A DNA stretch of 37,683 bases from positions 1 through 37,683 of the IMG/VR virus record IMGVR_UViG_3300014913_000004. The stretch is one strand, 5' to 3'. The translations under genes and the position numbers were made by a program. This document shows, piece by piece, positions 6,447 to 14,171 of the stretch. Below the pieces are notes generated by a model, which worked only from the letters and a program-made list of their open reading frames with translations, did no database searches and was not told the DNA's origin. This DNA is from a virus. Positions within the stretch are counted from its first letter, which is position 1, and each line of letters begins with the position of its first letter.

Positions 6447-6626
6447 ATGACATACGAATCAAACACGCACGATAATGAAGATACTGTTGACATCGAAGTT
6501 CTCTATGCACAAATGGAGATAGCAAGAAAGGAGGGGAAAAGCAAGAAACAGATTGCAGAGAAATTAGATTGCTCATTGAGAGCAGTTGAAGAAGGGTTCG
6601 CTTTTAATAAAAAACTTTACTCATAA
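6447..6626 (+). CDS. 59-aa HTH protein (sigma-r4 / LuxR / resolvase-type helix-turn-helix)
   Basis: MTYESNTHDNEDTVDIEVLYAQMEIARKEGKSKKQIAEKLDCSLRAVEEGFAFNKKLYS. ATG overlaps the stop of a 29-aa ORF at 6361-6450 (ATGA). Below the track cutoff. Confidence 0.5.
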   Translation: MTYESNTHDNEDTVDIEVLYAQMEIARKEGKSKKQIAEKLDCSLRAVEEGFAFNKKLYS

Positions 6627-6627
6627 A

Positions 6628-6780
6628 ATGCAAAAAACAAATAAACTCATTACTCAGATGAAGAAGCGGATCAGAAAGTTTGCTGGAATTTCAGCAGCGG
6701 AGCTTGACGCTCAAAACTTAGAAAACAGGGATGTTGTAGAAATCCACTCCATTTTTTTCGGGAGCAACAAAAATGGTTAG
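6628..6780 (+). CDS. 50-aa hypothetical protein
   Basis: ATG 6628 lies 2 nt after the upstream stop. The track's longer version (6586) uses a non-ATG start inside the HTH gene. Confidence 0.4.
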   Translation: MQKTNKLITQMKKRIRKFAGISAAELDAQNLENRDVVEIHSIFFGSNKNG

Positions 6781-6901
6781 CAATAGTAAATCTTTGTCAT
6801 ACGAGATATACAAAACGAAACCACGGCTCTGTCTGACTGAGGTACACAAGGTATCGCTCCCGCTCTAGTTGGGCAGAACCAAAAAGAAACCTAAAAAAAA
6901 C

Positions 6902-6929
6902 TTGACTAACAAGAAAAAGTAACTAAGCT
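6902..6929 (+). promoter_or_regulatory. Sigma70-like promoter (TTGACT, 16 nt, TAAGCT) with A8 tract
   Basis: The 15-mer AAAAAAAACTTGACT (6893-6907) is identical to 4361-4375. Lies 30 nt upstream of the erf ATG. Confidence 0.5.
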
Positions 6930-6959
6930 TGGAATACTTAATACTTAATAACCATTTTT

Positions 6960-7664
6960 ATGGCAGATGATAAGCCATCGGCAACGGCAGAAACTACCGA
7001 AGAACCGAAAGGGAAGGTAGCGACTAAAAAGCCCACCACGAAAAAAAGCGAGGTGGCAGATACAATTCAGGAGAAACTGGTTAAGATCCAGTCGGAACTG
7101 AAAGCCCCAAAAGGGCAGTATAATTCTTTCGGGAAATATAAGTACCGAAGTTGTGAGGACATTCTCGAAGCGGTGAAACCATTGCTGAAAGAAAAAGATC
7201 TCCTACTCGTTGTGTCTGACGGCATGGTGCAAATGGAGTCTCGTTTTTATGTAAAAGCGACGGCAGTAATTCTTCACGGAGAGGAAACGATCACCGTAAC
7301 AGGGTTCGCTCGTGAAGCAGAGAATAAGAAGGGAATGGATGAGAGCCAGATTACTGGTGCAGCATCCTCTTACGCTCGGAAGTACGCACTCAATGGGCTA
7401 TTCTTAATCGACGACACAAAGGATGCGGATACGAACGAACACAAAAACCAAGTAGACAAGACTCCTGCAAAGAAGGCAGCAGCTCCAAAGAAAACAGAAG
7501 CCCCTGCTCCAGCATGGAAGCCGACAACCGAACAGGTGACGGTGCTTCGGGATCTCATGAAAGAAAAGGGACTCACGGAGGATCAGAAGGTGAATACTGA
7601 GAAGTTTATTACGGACAAGGCGACTTACGACAAAATGATTTCTAAACTTAATCTTAAAAAATGA
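6960..7664 (+). CDS. erf: ERF-family single-strand annealing protein
   Basis: FGKYKYRSCEDILEAVKPLLKEKDLLL and GAASSYARKYALNGLFLIDD match ERF hallmarks. Lies upstream of an exonuclease gene. Confidence 0.7.
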   Translation: MADDKPSATAETTEEPKGKVATKKPTTKKSEVADTIQEKLVKIQSELKAPKGQYNSFGKYKYRSCEDILEAVKPLLKEKDLLLVVSDGMVQMESRFYVKATAVILHGEETITVTGFAREAENKKGMDESQITGAASSYARKYALNGLFLIDDTKDADTNEHKNQVDKTPAKKAAAPKKTEAPAPAWKPTTEQVTVLRDLMKEKGLTEDQKVNTEKFITDKATYDKMISKLNLKK

Positions 7665-8413
7665 TTGTACTTGATATTCAGCAACGGTCAGATGAATGGT
7701 TTGAGGCTCGTCGAGGGAAGGTGACAGGGACGAAGCTCAAGAACATTTACATTCCAATCACAAAGACTCAGCAATGTGCGAGACATTTGGATGCAGGGAT
7801 GTCAGACGAAGATGTGGCAGCACTCGTTGAGTGCGGAAAGGCGACGGTAACGAAAGCCAAGAAGCAGCTCGAAGAGCTTGGACTCGAATCGTTCGACAGC
7901 GGAGAGAAGAAAATCGGATATTACGAACTCATTGCCGACAGGGTGGCAAATGATAGAACGGAGGAAGATCCAATGGCTCGTGGCACAAGGCTTGAGCCAG
8001 AAGCAATCACTCGGTTCGAGGGGGAGTACAAAAAGAAAGTTGTTCAGGTTGGTATTTGTCACCGAGAAGACAACCCAAATATTGCGGTGTCTCCAGACGG
8101 TCTTATCGCAAAAGGAAAGATTTATCCAGAGGCGACAGAAGTAAAATGTCTCTCAAGTGCGAGACACTTGGAAGCATACTTTGAAAAGAAAATTCCTTCT
8201 GAATATTGGATGCAGGTCTTACAGAATTTCATCGTGAACGACGACCTGAAAAAGCTGTATTTCATCTTCTATGATCCGAGAGTCGTTTTCATGGACTTCC
8301 ATGTGATCGTGGTAAAAAGGGAGGCAATCGAAAAAGAAATCAAACTCTATCACGAATACCAAGAGGAGGTTTTGAAAGAGATCGAAGAACTCGCTGGATC
8401 TCTCTCGGCATAA
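7661..8413 (+). CDS. YqaJ / lambda-exonuclease-type PD-(D/E)xK recombination exonuclease
   Basis: QRSDEWFEARRGKVTGTKL (YqaJ N-motif), RGTRLEPEA, VSPDGLI...ATEVKC (D...E.K). ATGA overlap with erf. Confidence 0.7.
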   Translation: MIVLDIQQRSDEWFEARRGKVTGTKLKNIYIPITKTQQCARHLDAGMSDEDVAALVECGKATVTKAKKQLEELGLESFDSGEKKIGYYELIADRVANDRTEEDPMARGTRLEPEAITRFEGEYKKKVVQVGICHREDNPNIAVSPDGLIAKGKIYPEATEVKCLSSARHLEAYFEKKIPSEYWMQVLQNFIVNDDLKKLYFIFYDPRVVFMDFHVIVVKREAIEKEIKLYHEYQEEVLKEIEELAGSLSA

Positions 8414-8424
8414 GAATTCCCACT

Positions 8425-8444
8425 CAGCCCCTTTCGGGGGGCTG
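8425..8444 (+). terminator. GC hairpin CAGCCCC-tttcgg-GGGGCTG (terminator-like)
   Basis: 7-bp GC-rich stem 12 nt after the exonuclease stop. The T-run follows only after an 9-nt gap. Confidence 0.5.
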
Positions 8445-8446
8445 GA

Positions 8447-8474
8447 ATGAGTATTTTTAACCATCACTCAAATG
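8447..8474 (+). repeat. Conserved leader element, copy 1 (ATGAGTATTTTTAACCATCACTCAAATG)
   Basis: Shared with 9169-9196 and 13803-13832. Internal TGAGT/ACTCA inverted repeat; ends in a start codon. Confidence 0.85.
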
Positions 8475-9137
8475 AAAATATTGTCAGACATGACCGAGCT
8501 ACAAATCCTAGCGTTAAAGGATGAACAGGTAGAAAAAATCCTGAAGTACAGAAAAGCCCAAGAGGGGTTTAAGCTCCTTGAGCGACCAACAGAGCCAGAA
8601 TACGAGGCAGAACTTGAAAAAGATGTAACCTTTTACTCTGTCGGATCTCTAAACGGATATAGGTTCACAAAAGTAGAGGAAGCAAACGCAGTCTCTCATG
8701 CGATACGAGAGGCGATGCCGAGCCTTGTTTATTATTCTCGATATAGTTCGTCCCCAAGAGTGCTATCAAAGATGGACTCGTACGACAGAAAGGAGGCGAG
8801 TACCTCAGTTTCATCTGAAAAGTTCTTTTCACCAGCACTTGTAGAGGCAGCGAAACAGATAGAAAAAAGGAATGATGAAGCGAAAAAAGGATATGCAGAG
8901 CAAAAAGCGGAATATGAAAAATATGTAGAAGATGTGCAATGGCTGATCGACGAGGTCTGGAATCGAGTTTTTGAGATACGAAGAAAGTACGAAAAACTTG
9001 CAAGGCTTCAAACAGATTACTCTGAATACCTTGTCCTCGCAAACAACGACGAAAAGATTGCAACTGCATTTATGAAGAAAGCAAACGCAATAACAGACGA
9101 AGAATTAAAGATAATCAAAGGAAAGAAAATAAATTAA
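8472..9137 (+). CDS. 221-aa hypothetical protein
   Basis: Long ORF starting at the ATG of the conserved leader element. Confidence 0.7.
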   Translation: MKILSDMTELQILALKDEQVEKILKYRKAQEGFKLLERPTEPEYEAELEKDVTFYSVGSLNGYRFTKVEEANAVSHAIREAMPSLVYYSRYSSSPRVLSKMDSYDRKEASTSVSSEKFFSPALVEAAKQIEKRNDEAKKGYAEQKAEYEKYVEDVQWLIDEVWNRVFEIRRKYEKLARLQTDYSEYLVLANNDEKIATAFMKKANAITDEELKIIKGKKIN

Positions 9138-9150
9138 AAATCTTCACGAA

Positions 9151-9166
9151 CAGCCCTTCGGGGCTG
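9151..9166 (+). terminator. GC hairpin CAGCCC-TTCG-GGGCTG (terminator-like)
   Basis: 6-bp stem with a TTCG tetraloop, 14 nt after the stop. Confidence 0.5.
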
Positions 9167-9168
9167 CG

Positions 9169-9196
9169 GTGAGTATTTTTTAACCCCACTCAAATG
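9169..9196 (+). repeat. Conserved leader element, copy 2 (GTGAGTATTTTTTAACCCCACTCAAATG)
   Basis: Same architecture as copy 1. Confidence 0.85.
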
Positions 9197-9400
9197 ATAA
9201 AATTAACTATCACAAAGCATACAGAGAACCCTGATTACGAGAAGGAGTTAGACAATGTAAATAGAAGTTTCAGAGGAGCAATGCACCACGACATGAGAGC
9301 AGAAGATGTTAATAAGCACATTGTAGAGGGTCTTCTGACTATTTCTATCACAGAAAAACAGTTTGAAACAATCAGGAAGGAGGTTCTTAAGGAATTTTAA
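9194..9400 (+). CDS. 68-aa hypothetical protein
   Basis: ORF starting at the leader-element ATG. Confidence 0.6.
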   Translation: MIKLTITKHTENPDYEKELDNVNRSFRGAMHHDMRAEDVNKHIVEGLLTISITEKQFETIRKEVLKEF

Positions 9401-9401
9401 A

Positions 9402-9845
9402 ATGAAACACTCAAATAAAACATACAAAATTTTCACCGACGGAGCAACAAAAGGCTTCAACGGAAAGCTCGGCACGGTTTCCGTCGTCGGTCTTGGAGTC
9501 TATATCCCACACTTGGGAGTTGACGGAAAGAAATACTGCAAGAAGATGAACGGAATCTCGAACAATGAAGCAGAGTTCAAGGCTCTGATTTACGGCATGG
9601 AGAAAGCCATAGAGAAGGGAATTAAGAAGGCAGCCTTCTTTTTGGACTCGAAAATCGTAGTAAGTAGGGCGAATGGACAGCGAGCGAGGGGAAAGTGGGC
9701 GAATGCACGAATGGACGCATTTCAGGATCAGGTGGCAGAACTCGAAAAAGAGTTTGAAGAAATCACATTCGCATGGATACCGAGAGAGCAGAATTGGATG
9801 GCAGACAAGCTATCGAAAGAAGGAATTTATGGAAAAGTATCTTAA
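9402..9845 (+). CDS. rnhA: RNase H (type 1, RNase HI-like)
   Basis: IFTDGATKG (D), NNEAEFKALIYGM (E), FLDSKIVV (D), REQNWMADKLSK (D): the DEDD order of RNase HI. ATG 9402 lies 2 nt after the upstream stop. Confidence 0.75.
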   Translation: MKHSNKTYKIFTDGATKGFNGKLGTVSVVGLGVYIPHLGVDGKKYCKKMNGISNNEAEFKALIYGMEKAIEKGIKKAAFFLDSKIVVSRANGQRARGKWANARMDAFQDQVAELEKEFEEITFAWIPREQNWMADKLSKEGIYGKVS

Positions 9846-9854
9846 TTTTTAGAA

Positions 9855-10400
9855 ATGTCACAGGAAAGAATCATACCAAAAATCGTAGCCCTCGCCAAAA
9901 ATGGTGTCGGTGGTGAAAAGACTGCTGCCATTCTCAAATTAAAGCAGCTCTGCGAAAAGCACGATCTTGATTTTGATGAGGTGATGAGCGAGACGGAGGG
10001 GAAAATTGAGAAGTTTTTTATTAAATACAAAAATAAGCAAGAATGGAGAATCGGGGTACAGGTGATTTGTAGGTATGCACACCAGTCAATGAACCAAAAT
10101 ATTTGGGGGTCTAAGAGTGAGAAAGAGTTGTATTTCGAGACTACGAAGCAGAAATTCGTAGACACACTCGTCGCAATGGAAACACTCAAAAAGGCTTTCA
10201 AGGAAGAGCAAAAATTATTCCTAGATGCGTTTATAAAAAAACACAATTTATATTATCAAAAAACAGAGGAGGAGTGGGATAAATTCAAAGAGCAGCAAGC
10301 GGACAAGGAGGAATCACCCGAAGACTTTAGGAGGAACTTGAGAGTCAGCGGAATGGCGTCTCACATGGAGAGCGTAGAGCTTCAAAAAAGACTCCAATAA
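9855..10400 (+). CDS. Hypothetical protein with a DUF2786-like N-terminus
   Basis: IPKIVALAKNGVGGEKTAAILKLKQLCEKHDLDFDEV resembles the K.LALA...EA..A..KA..L motif (from memory). Confidence 0.45.
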   Translation: MSQERIIPKIVALAKNGVGGEKTAAILKLKQLCEKHDLDFDEVMSETEGKIEKFFIKYKNKQEWRIGVQVICRYAHQSMNQNIWGSKSEKELYFETTKQKFVDTLVAMETLKKAFKEEQKLFLDAFIKKHNLYYQKTEEEWDKFKEQQADKEESPEDFRRNLRVSGMASHMESVELQKRLQ

Positions 10401-10684
10401 TGATCGCAAAAAACAATGAAGAGTTTACAAGACTCGTTCTTGAAAGAGAGCATTTCTACTGTCAGGGGTGCTCAAAGGATTACTCTCACTCGTGGTGCTT
10501 TGACAAAAAACTAAAGAACAAGTACCTTTGTGCTCACCACATCAAAAGAAAAAAGCCACATCCAGAACTGAGGCTCGAAACAGACAACGGAATATGTACA
10601 TGCCTCGATTGCCACACGAAACACCACGACGGAAATCTAACCTATCGCCCAAACAATGAAACAGAAGATAATCAAATTCGATAA
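10400..10684 (+). CDS. HNH endonuclease
   Basis: CQGC...CAHHIKRKK...NGICTCLDCHTKHH: CxxC / HH / N / CxxC-H zinc-finger HNH layout. Confidence 0.75.
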   Translation: MIAKNNEEFTRLVLEREHFYCQGCSKDYSHSWCFDKKLKNKYLCAHHIKRKKPHPELRLETDNGICTCLDCHTKHHDGNLTYRPNNETEDNQIR

Positions 10685-11129
10685 AACAGCAGACTTCTTC
10701 AAGCTGGATCTCGAAATGCTGAAAGAAGGAATAGGAAAAGCTCTTGAGGAGTTCCCCAATGGAATGTGGGAGCTTGTTATTAGAAAACCAACAAGAACCC
10801 CTGCACAGAGAAATTCAATAGAATTGTACTGCAAATGGCTGGCTGCAAAGTTCAACGACAACCATGTTCCGTTTGTTTCGGTATATTTTGGAAAAGAATT
10901 TGAAGAAGATTGGGATCAGGAGCTCGTAAAAGAAAAAGTTTTCAAGAGAGCGTTGAAAGGAAAATTTGGAAAAGATAGTACAGCAAAAGCAACCACGAAA
11001 GAAATATGCTGGGTTGTTGATTATATAGAGAAAAATTTGGCTTTAAAGCTTGGTATAGACCTGTATTTCCCCAATAGAATGGATTTGCTAAATGAACAGG
11101 AATCGGAGGAAAAAGCAAGCCAAACCTAA
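10656..11129 (+). CDS. Hypothetical protein, possibly NinB/Orf-like recombination mediator
   Basis: TRTPAQRNSIELYCKWLAAKF is reminiscent of the RS..QN...W motif of NinB. Weak, from memory. Confidence 0.3.
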   Translation: MKQKIIKFDKTADFFKLDLEMLKEGIGKALEEFPNGMWELVIRKPTRTPAQRNSIELYCKWLAAKFNDNHVPFVSVYFGKEFEEDWDQELVKEKVFKRALKGKFGKDSTAKATTKEICWVVDYIEKNLALKLGIDLYFPNRMDLLNEQESEEKASQT

Positions 11130-11136
11130 AAAAAAG

Positions 11137-11165
11137 TTGATTAAGAACAAAAACTAGGGTATAAT
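11137..11165 (+). promoter_or_regulatory. Sigma70-like promoter (TTGATT, 17 nt, TATAAT) with A-tract
   Basis: AAAAAAAAGTTGATT, then TATAAT at 11160-11165. Confidence 0.55.
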
Positions 11166-11197
11166 CATTTTGCATTTATTTTTTAAACCATATTCAA

Positions 11198-11569
11198 ATG
11201 CAACAGCTCGTATCGGTTTCGGCAGATTCCCAGAAGGGAATCATTCTTAAACACTTCGCCCAAAACAAAGGGAGGTGGTTTCATGTATTTGAGTTCTGCA
11301 AGATTGAACTCGACCACTTTGTAGGTTACAAGGCAGATAGTGGTATTTGTTTCTTGCAAAAACTGGGAATACTTGTTGGCAGACCTTCAGAATTCAAGTC
11401 AAAATTCGGAGGAAGGTTTCACGAATACACACTTGCCGATAAAATCCGAATCGAAGAACGAGAAGAAATGATAAATACAGGAGAGCACAAAACACCGAAG
11501 GCAAAATTGTATTACGATGTTTACCGTTCCCGAAACATGTTTGACAGAATTTTTAAAAAGAATAAATAA
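11198..11569 (+). CDS. 123-aa hypothetical protein
   Basis: ORF downstream of the promoter. Confidence 0.6.
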   Translation: MQQLVSVSADSQKGIILKHFAQNKGRWFHVFEFCKIELDHFVGYKADSGICFLQKLGILVGRPSEFKSKFGGRFHEYTLADKIRIEEREEMINTGEHKTPKAKLYYDVYRSRNMFDRIFKKNK

Positions 11570-11570
11570 T

Positions 11571-12329
11571 ATGAAGCCAGCACTTAATCAACCAATTAGA
11601 CCAATGAAAATTACAACCACAAACAAGAGCTGTAAAAAAGAAAAGAACTTCGTCTTGGTATTGCTTTTCGGCTTGTTTTTCTACTTCGTTTCCTCACCTG
11701 CTGAGGCATTTTTATTCCAACAAAAGCTAACTTGGAACGACAAAGGAATTGAATACACGCTCGACAAGAAAACGCAGAAAGACGAAATTAAGAATAACGA
11801 GATCCGTTGGGAAGTTTGGAAAAAACACTACCTTATGGACAAAATAGAGGACGCTTCACATAAGCACGACCTCGAAGAAGAACAACGGCTTACCGCCCTG
11901 CTTTTGGACACACAAAATTATATTTCCAATTTGCAAAATGGTAACCTTGAAATCTTTGTTGAAGTTCGTTCTACTGTTGAAGTGGAAATAGAACAGGACG
12001 AGGTTCATGTAACCTCTTACAACCCAGAAGAAAGGCAAACAGACAGCTCTCCGTGCTTTGGTGCGGGTGGGCAAAACCTTTGCGAACTCTATAAGAAAGG
12101 AGTTAGACCGATTGCACTTTCCCAAGATTTAGTTGCATGGGTTGGTGGTACATACCGCCTTGGAGAAAAAATTACGCTTGAAAGTACGGATTTTCCGAAC
12201 GACAGAAGGTGTAATGGAGAGTTCGTTGTGCTTGATACAATGAACAAACGCTGGAAGAAGAGGGCAGATATCTTCTTTGCAGATCCAGCAATGAACTTAT
12301 CTTGTAATGCAAAAATTATTCGACGATGA
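11571..12329 (+). CDS. Membrane-anchored or secreted 3D-domain (MltA/RlpA-like double-psi beta-barrel) protein
   Basis: N-terminal hydrophobic segment FVLVLLFGLFFYFVSSPAEA. C-terminal VHVTSYNPEERQTDSSPCFGAGGQNL...IALSQDL...GEKITL...GEFVVLDTMNKRWKKRADIFF fits the 3D-domain pattern. Confidence 0.55.
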   Translation: MKPALNQPIRPMKITTTNKSCKKEKNFVLVLLFGLFFYFVSSPAEAFLFQQKLTWNDKGIEYTLDKKTQKDEIKNNEIRWEVWKKHYLMDKIEDASHKHDLEEEQRLTALLLDTQNYISNLQNGNLEIFVEVRSTVEVEIEQDEVHVTSYNPEERQTDSSPCFGAGGQNLCELYKKGVRPIALSQDLVAWVGGTYRLGEKITLESTDFPNDRRCNGEFVVLDTMNKRWKKRADIFFADPAMNLSCNAKIIRR

Positions 12330-12607
12330 AAAAAACAATTAGAACCGCATTCGTACTCATTTGCTTTTTCGCTCTCGGTGTAGCATGTAACCATTTCCAC
12401 CCGATACGAACAAAACAAATAAACATTAAAAACTGGCAAACAATCGACGGAAACAGGTATATTCTCAAGTCAAAGAGCGACGCAAAGTTGTACGCACTCA
12501 GAAAAGAATTTAACGACAAATTTAACGACGCATTAGAAGAAAGGGGAATTTACTGCAACCAATTCCAACACACCTTAGAAAGTAACACTAATTTTTTACC
12601 CAAATAA
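12326..12607 (+). CDS. Putative lipoprotein
   Basis: MKKTIRTAFVLICFFALGVAC: signal peptide ending in a lipobox-like GVAC. ATGA overlap with the upstream gene. Confidence 0.5.
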   Translation: MKKTIRTAFVLICFFALGVACNHFHPIRTKQINIKNWQTIDGNRYILKSKSDAKLYALRKEFNDKFNDALEERGIYCNQFQHTLESNTNFLPK

Positions 12608-12611
12608 CCAG

Positions 12612-13169
12612 ATGAAAAAAATCATCTTCATGCTTTCGGCTCTGGCAGTGTTCCTGCCAATGTTTTCTACTTCCGCAGCAGCCCCAGTAAATAAAACGGT
12701 GCTGCAAAACAAGGTGACATTAAATAGAATGCTCACAACCTTTTCTGAGCTTCGGGATGCAAAGATTCGTCTTGTACCAGCATTTGCAGTAGAACTCACA
12801 GGAGAAGGGCAAATAGAAGAGCCTCGTGTGGCTACATACAACACAAAAACAGGAACAATTTTTGTTCAACAGGATATGAACCCCTTTCTTTTTCAGGAAA
12901 CGGTAATACACGAATACTGCCACCACATTGATTTTTCAATGCTTGAGAAATGGCAATGGGAAAGGTGGATGAGGCTTTGGTACGAACACCCAAACCATGT
13001 TTCTGAATATTCAAGAGTTTCCCCAGCAGAAAGTTTCGCCGAATGGTGTTCTGTTTACAAATACGAACAAACGAGCTGGAAAACTTACAGCGGAGTGGAG
13101 GTAGTGTTTAATTCTCCACAAGCTAAATTTATGGACACAATTTACCCGAAATACCGAAAGCCACAATGA
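12612..13169 (+). CDS. Secreted HExxH zinc metallopeptidase-like protein (minimal gluzincin)
   Basis: Signal peptide MKKIIFMLSALAVFLPMFSTSAAAP. Zinc motif VIHEYCHHIDF, then SPAESFAEW about 40 aa downstream (candidate third ligand, as in M90/MtfA-like NPxEFFAE). Confidence 0.5.
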   Translation: MKKIIFMLSALAVFLPMFSTSAAAPVNKTVLQNKVTLNRMLTTFSELRDAKIRLVPAFAVELTGEGQIEEPRVATYNTKTGTIFVQQDMNPFLFQETVIHEYCHHIDFSMLEKWQWERWMRLWYEHPNHVSEYSRVSPAESFAEWCSVYKYEQTSWKTYSGVEVVFNSPQAKFMDTIYPKYRKPQ

Positions 13170-13630
13170 GCACATTAGTTGAACAAGCAATCGCAGCAGA
13201 CCCACCATTCAAGGATGTTCCAATGGATGAGAAGCTTGAATTGCTCTTTGCCTACTACCGAAAAGAGATATCACAAAAGCAGCTCATTGAAGTCATGCAG
13301 AAATACAAGCCAAAATTTTCTTGTGCAACCCACCTCTATGTATTTGTTCACCAAATTGTTCGATACGCTATTAGAACAGGAAGGTTAGTACAGGTTCAGG
13401 CAGAATTCATTAAGAAAGAACCACCCAAGGAAATGATCCACGAATGCCCAACTTGTCAGGGTTGCGGTAAAATTGAGAACAAGGAGCTTTCTGCGGTGGA
13501 CAAGAAAACTGCTGTAATTTGTTTGTATGAAAATAATTTCGGAGTGCGGGAAATCCAAAGGTTGCTTGGCTTTAAATCGCCTCAAAGTGTTTCAAGAATA
13601 ATCGATACCCTCAAATGCCAAAAGAAATAG
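13166..13630 (+). CDS. Hypothetical protein with CxxCxxC and a C-terminal HTH
   Basis: ECPTCQGCGK, then VICLYENNFGVREIQRLLGFKSPQSVSRII (resolvase/sigma-r4-like HTH). Confidence 0.5.
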   Translation: MSTLVEQAIAADPPFKDVPMDEKLELLFAYYRKEISQKQLIEVMQKYKPKFSCATHLYVFVHQIVRYAIRTGRLVQVQAEFIKKEPPKEMIHECPTCQGCGKIENKELSAVDKKTAVICLYENNFGVREIQRLLGFKSPQSVSRIIDTLKCQKK

Positions 13631-13794
13631 ATGTACTCGCTTGCCATTGTTACGACCTCAGGAAATCGAGGTACGCAATGAGAAAATACCTGCGGAAGTT
13701 CGACGCAGCAACACAAAGAGGAATTGTGAAGCGTTTGCGAACAAAATTTGGTATTGTTATTACCACCCAAGAATCCTCTAAAAGCTCTCAGTGA
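13615..13794 (+). CDS. 59-aa basic protein
   Basis: MPKEIDVLACHCYDLRKSRYAMRKYLRKFDAATQRGIVKRLRTKFGIVITTQESSKSSQ. Overlaps the upstream gene end. Below the track cutoff. Confidence 0.45.
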   Translation: MPKEIDVLACHCYDLRKSRYAMRKYLRKFDAATQRGIVKRLRTKFGIVITTQESSKSSQ

Positions 13795-13800
13795 GGGCTT
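13782..13800 (+). terminator. Hairpin AAGCTCT-cagtg-AGGGCTT (terminator-like, one G-U pair)
   Basis: 7-bp stem spanning the stop codon. Same position relative to the conserved leader element as in copies 1 and 2. Confidence 0.4.
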
Positions 13801-13802
13801 CT

Positions 13803-13832
13803 ATGAGTATTTTTTAACCCACACTCAAAATG
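13803..13832 (+). repeat. Conserved leader element, copy 3 (ATGAGTATTTTTTAACCCACACTCAAAATG)
   Basis: Same TGAGT...ACTCA palindrome, T-run and terminal ATG. Confidence 0.85.
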
Positions 13833-13956
13833 TCAAGTCTTAAATTATTCGGCAAGGAGGGGCAGAGTATGTTCAGCTCAAACAAATCGAAAAATGGGAC
13901 GGAAAGCTCCCGACTATGATGCTTGGTGACGCAGTTCCTATATTTAATATTTCAAA

Positions 13957-14163
13957 ATGATGCGAAGAATTCTTATTATCGGTGTCATTCTTGTAGGGAC
14001 TTGGTTCGTGTTTCAGGAGTTGGAATGCGGAGACAATAAAGAAAACCCTCAAGCAGAATGTATTTCAGAATGCAAGTGGACATATTCTGAGGACGAATTC
14101 AAATTCAAATGCATAGAGGGCTGTAAGAAGCTGAAGACGGAAAAGGAAGAACGAACTTATTAA
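13957..14163 (+). CDS. 68-aa TM-anchored Cys-rich protein
   Basis: RILIIGVILVGTWFVF helix, then six Cys (ECGD...ECISECKW...KCIEGCKK). Confidence 0.55.
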   Translation: MMRRILIIGVILVGTWFVFQELECGDNKENPQAECISECKWTYSEDEFKFKCIEGCKKLKTEKEERTY

Positions 14164-14171
14164 AAAAAGCA

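Noticed and set aside
6829-6886. GC-rich island in otherwise AT-rich non-coding DNA, considered as a tRNA or small RNA
   Set aside because: I found no cloverleaf, no T-loop (GTTCRA) and only a weak 6/7 terminal pairing. It cannot be supported as an RNA gene by eye.
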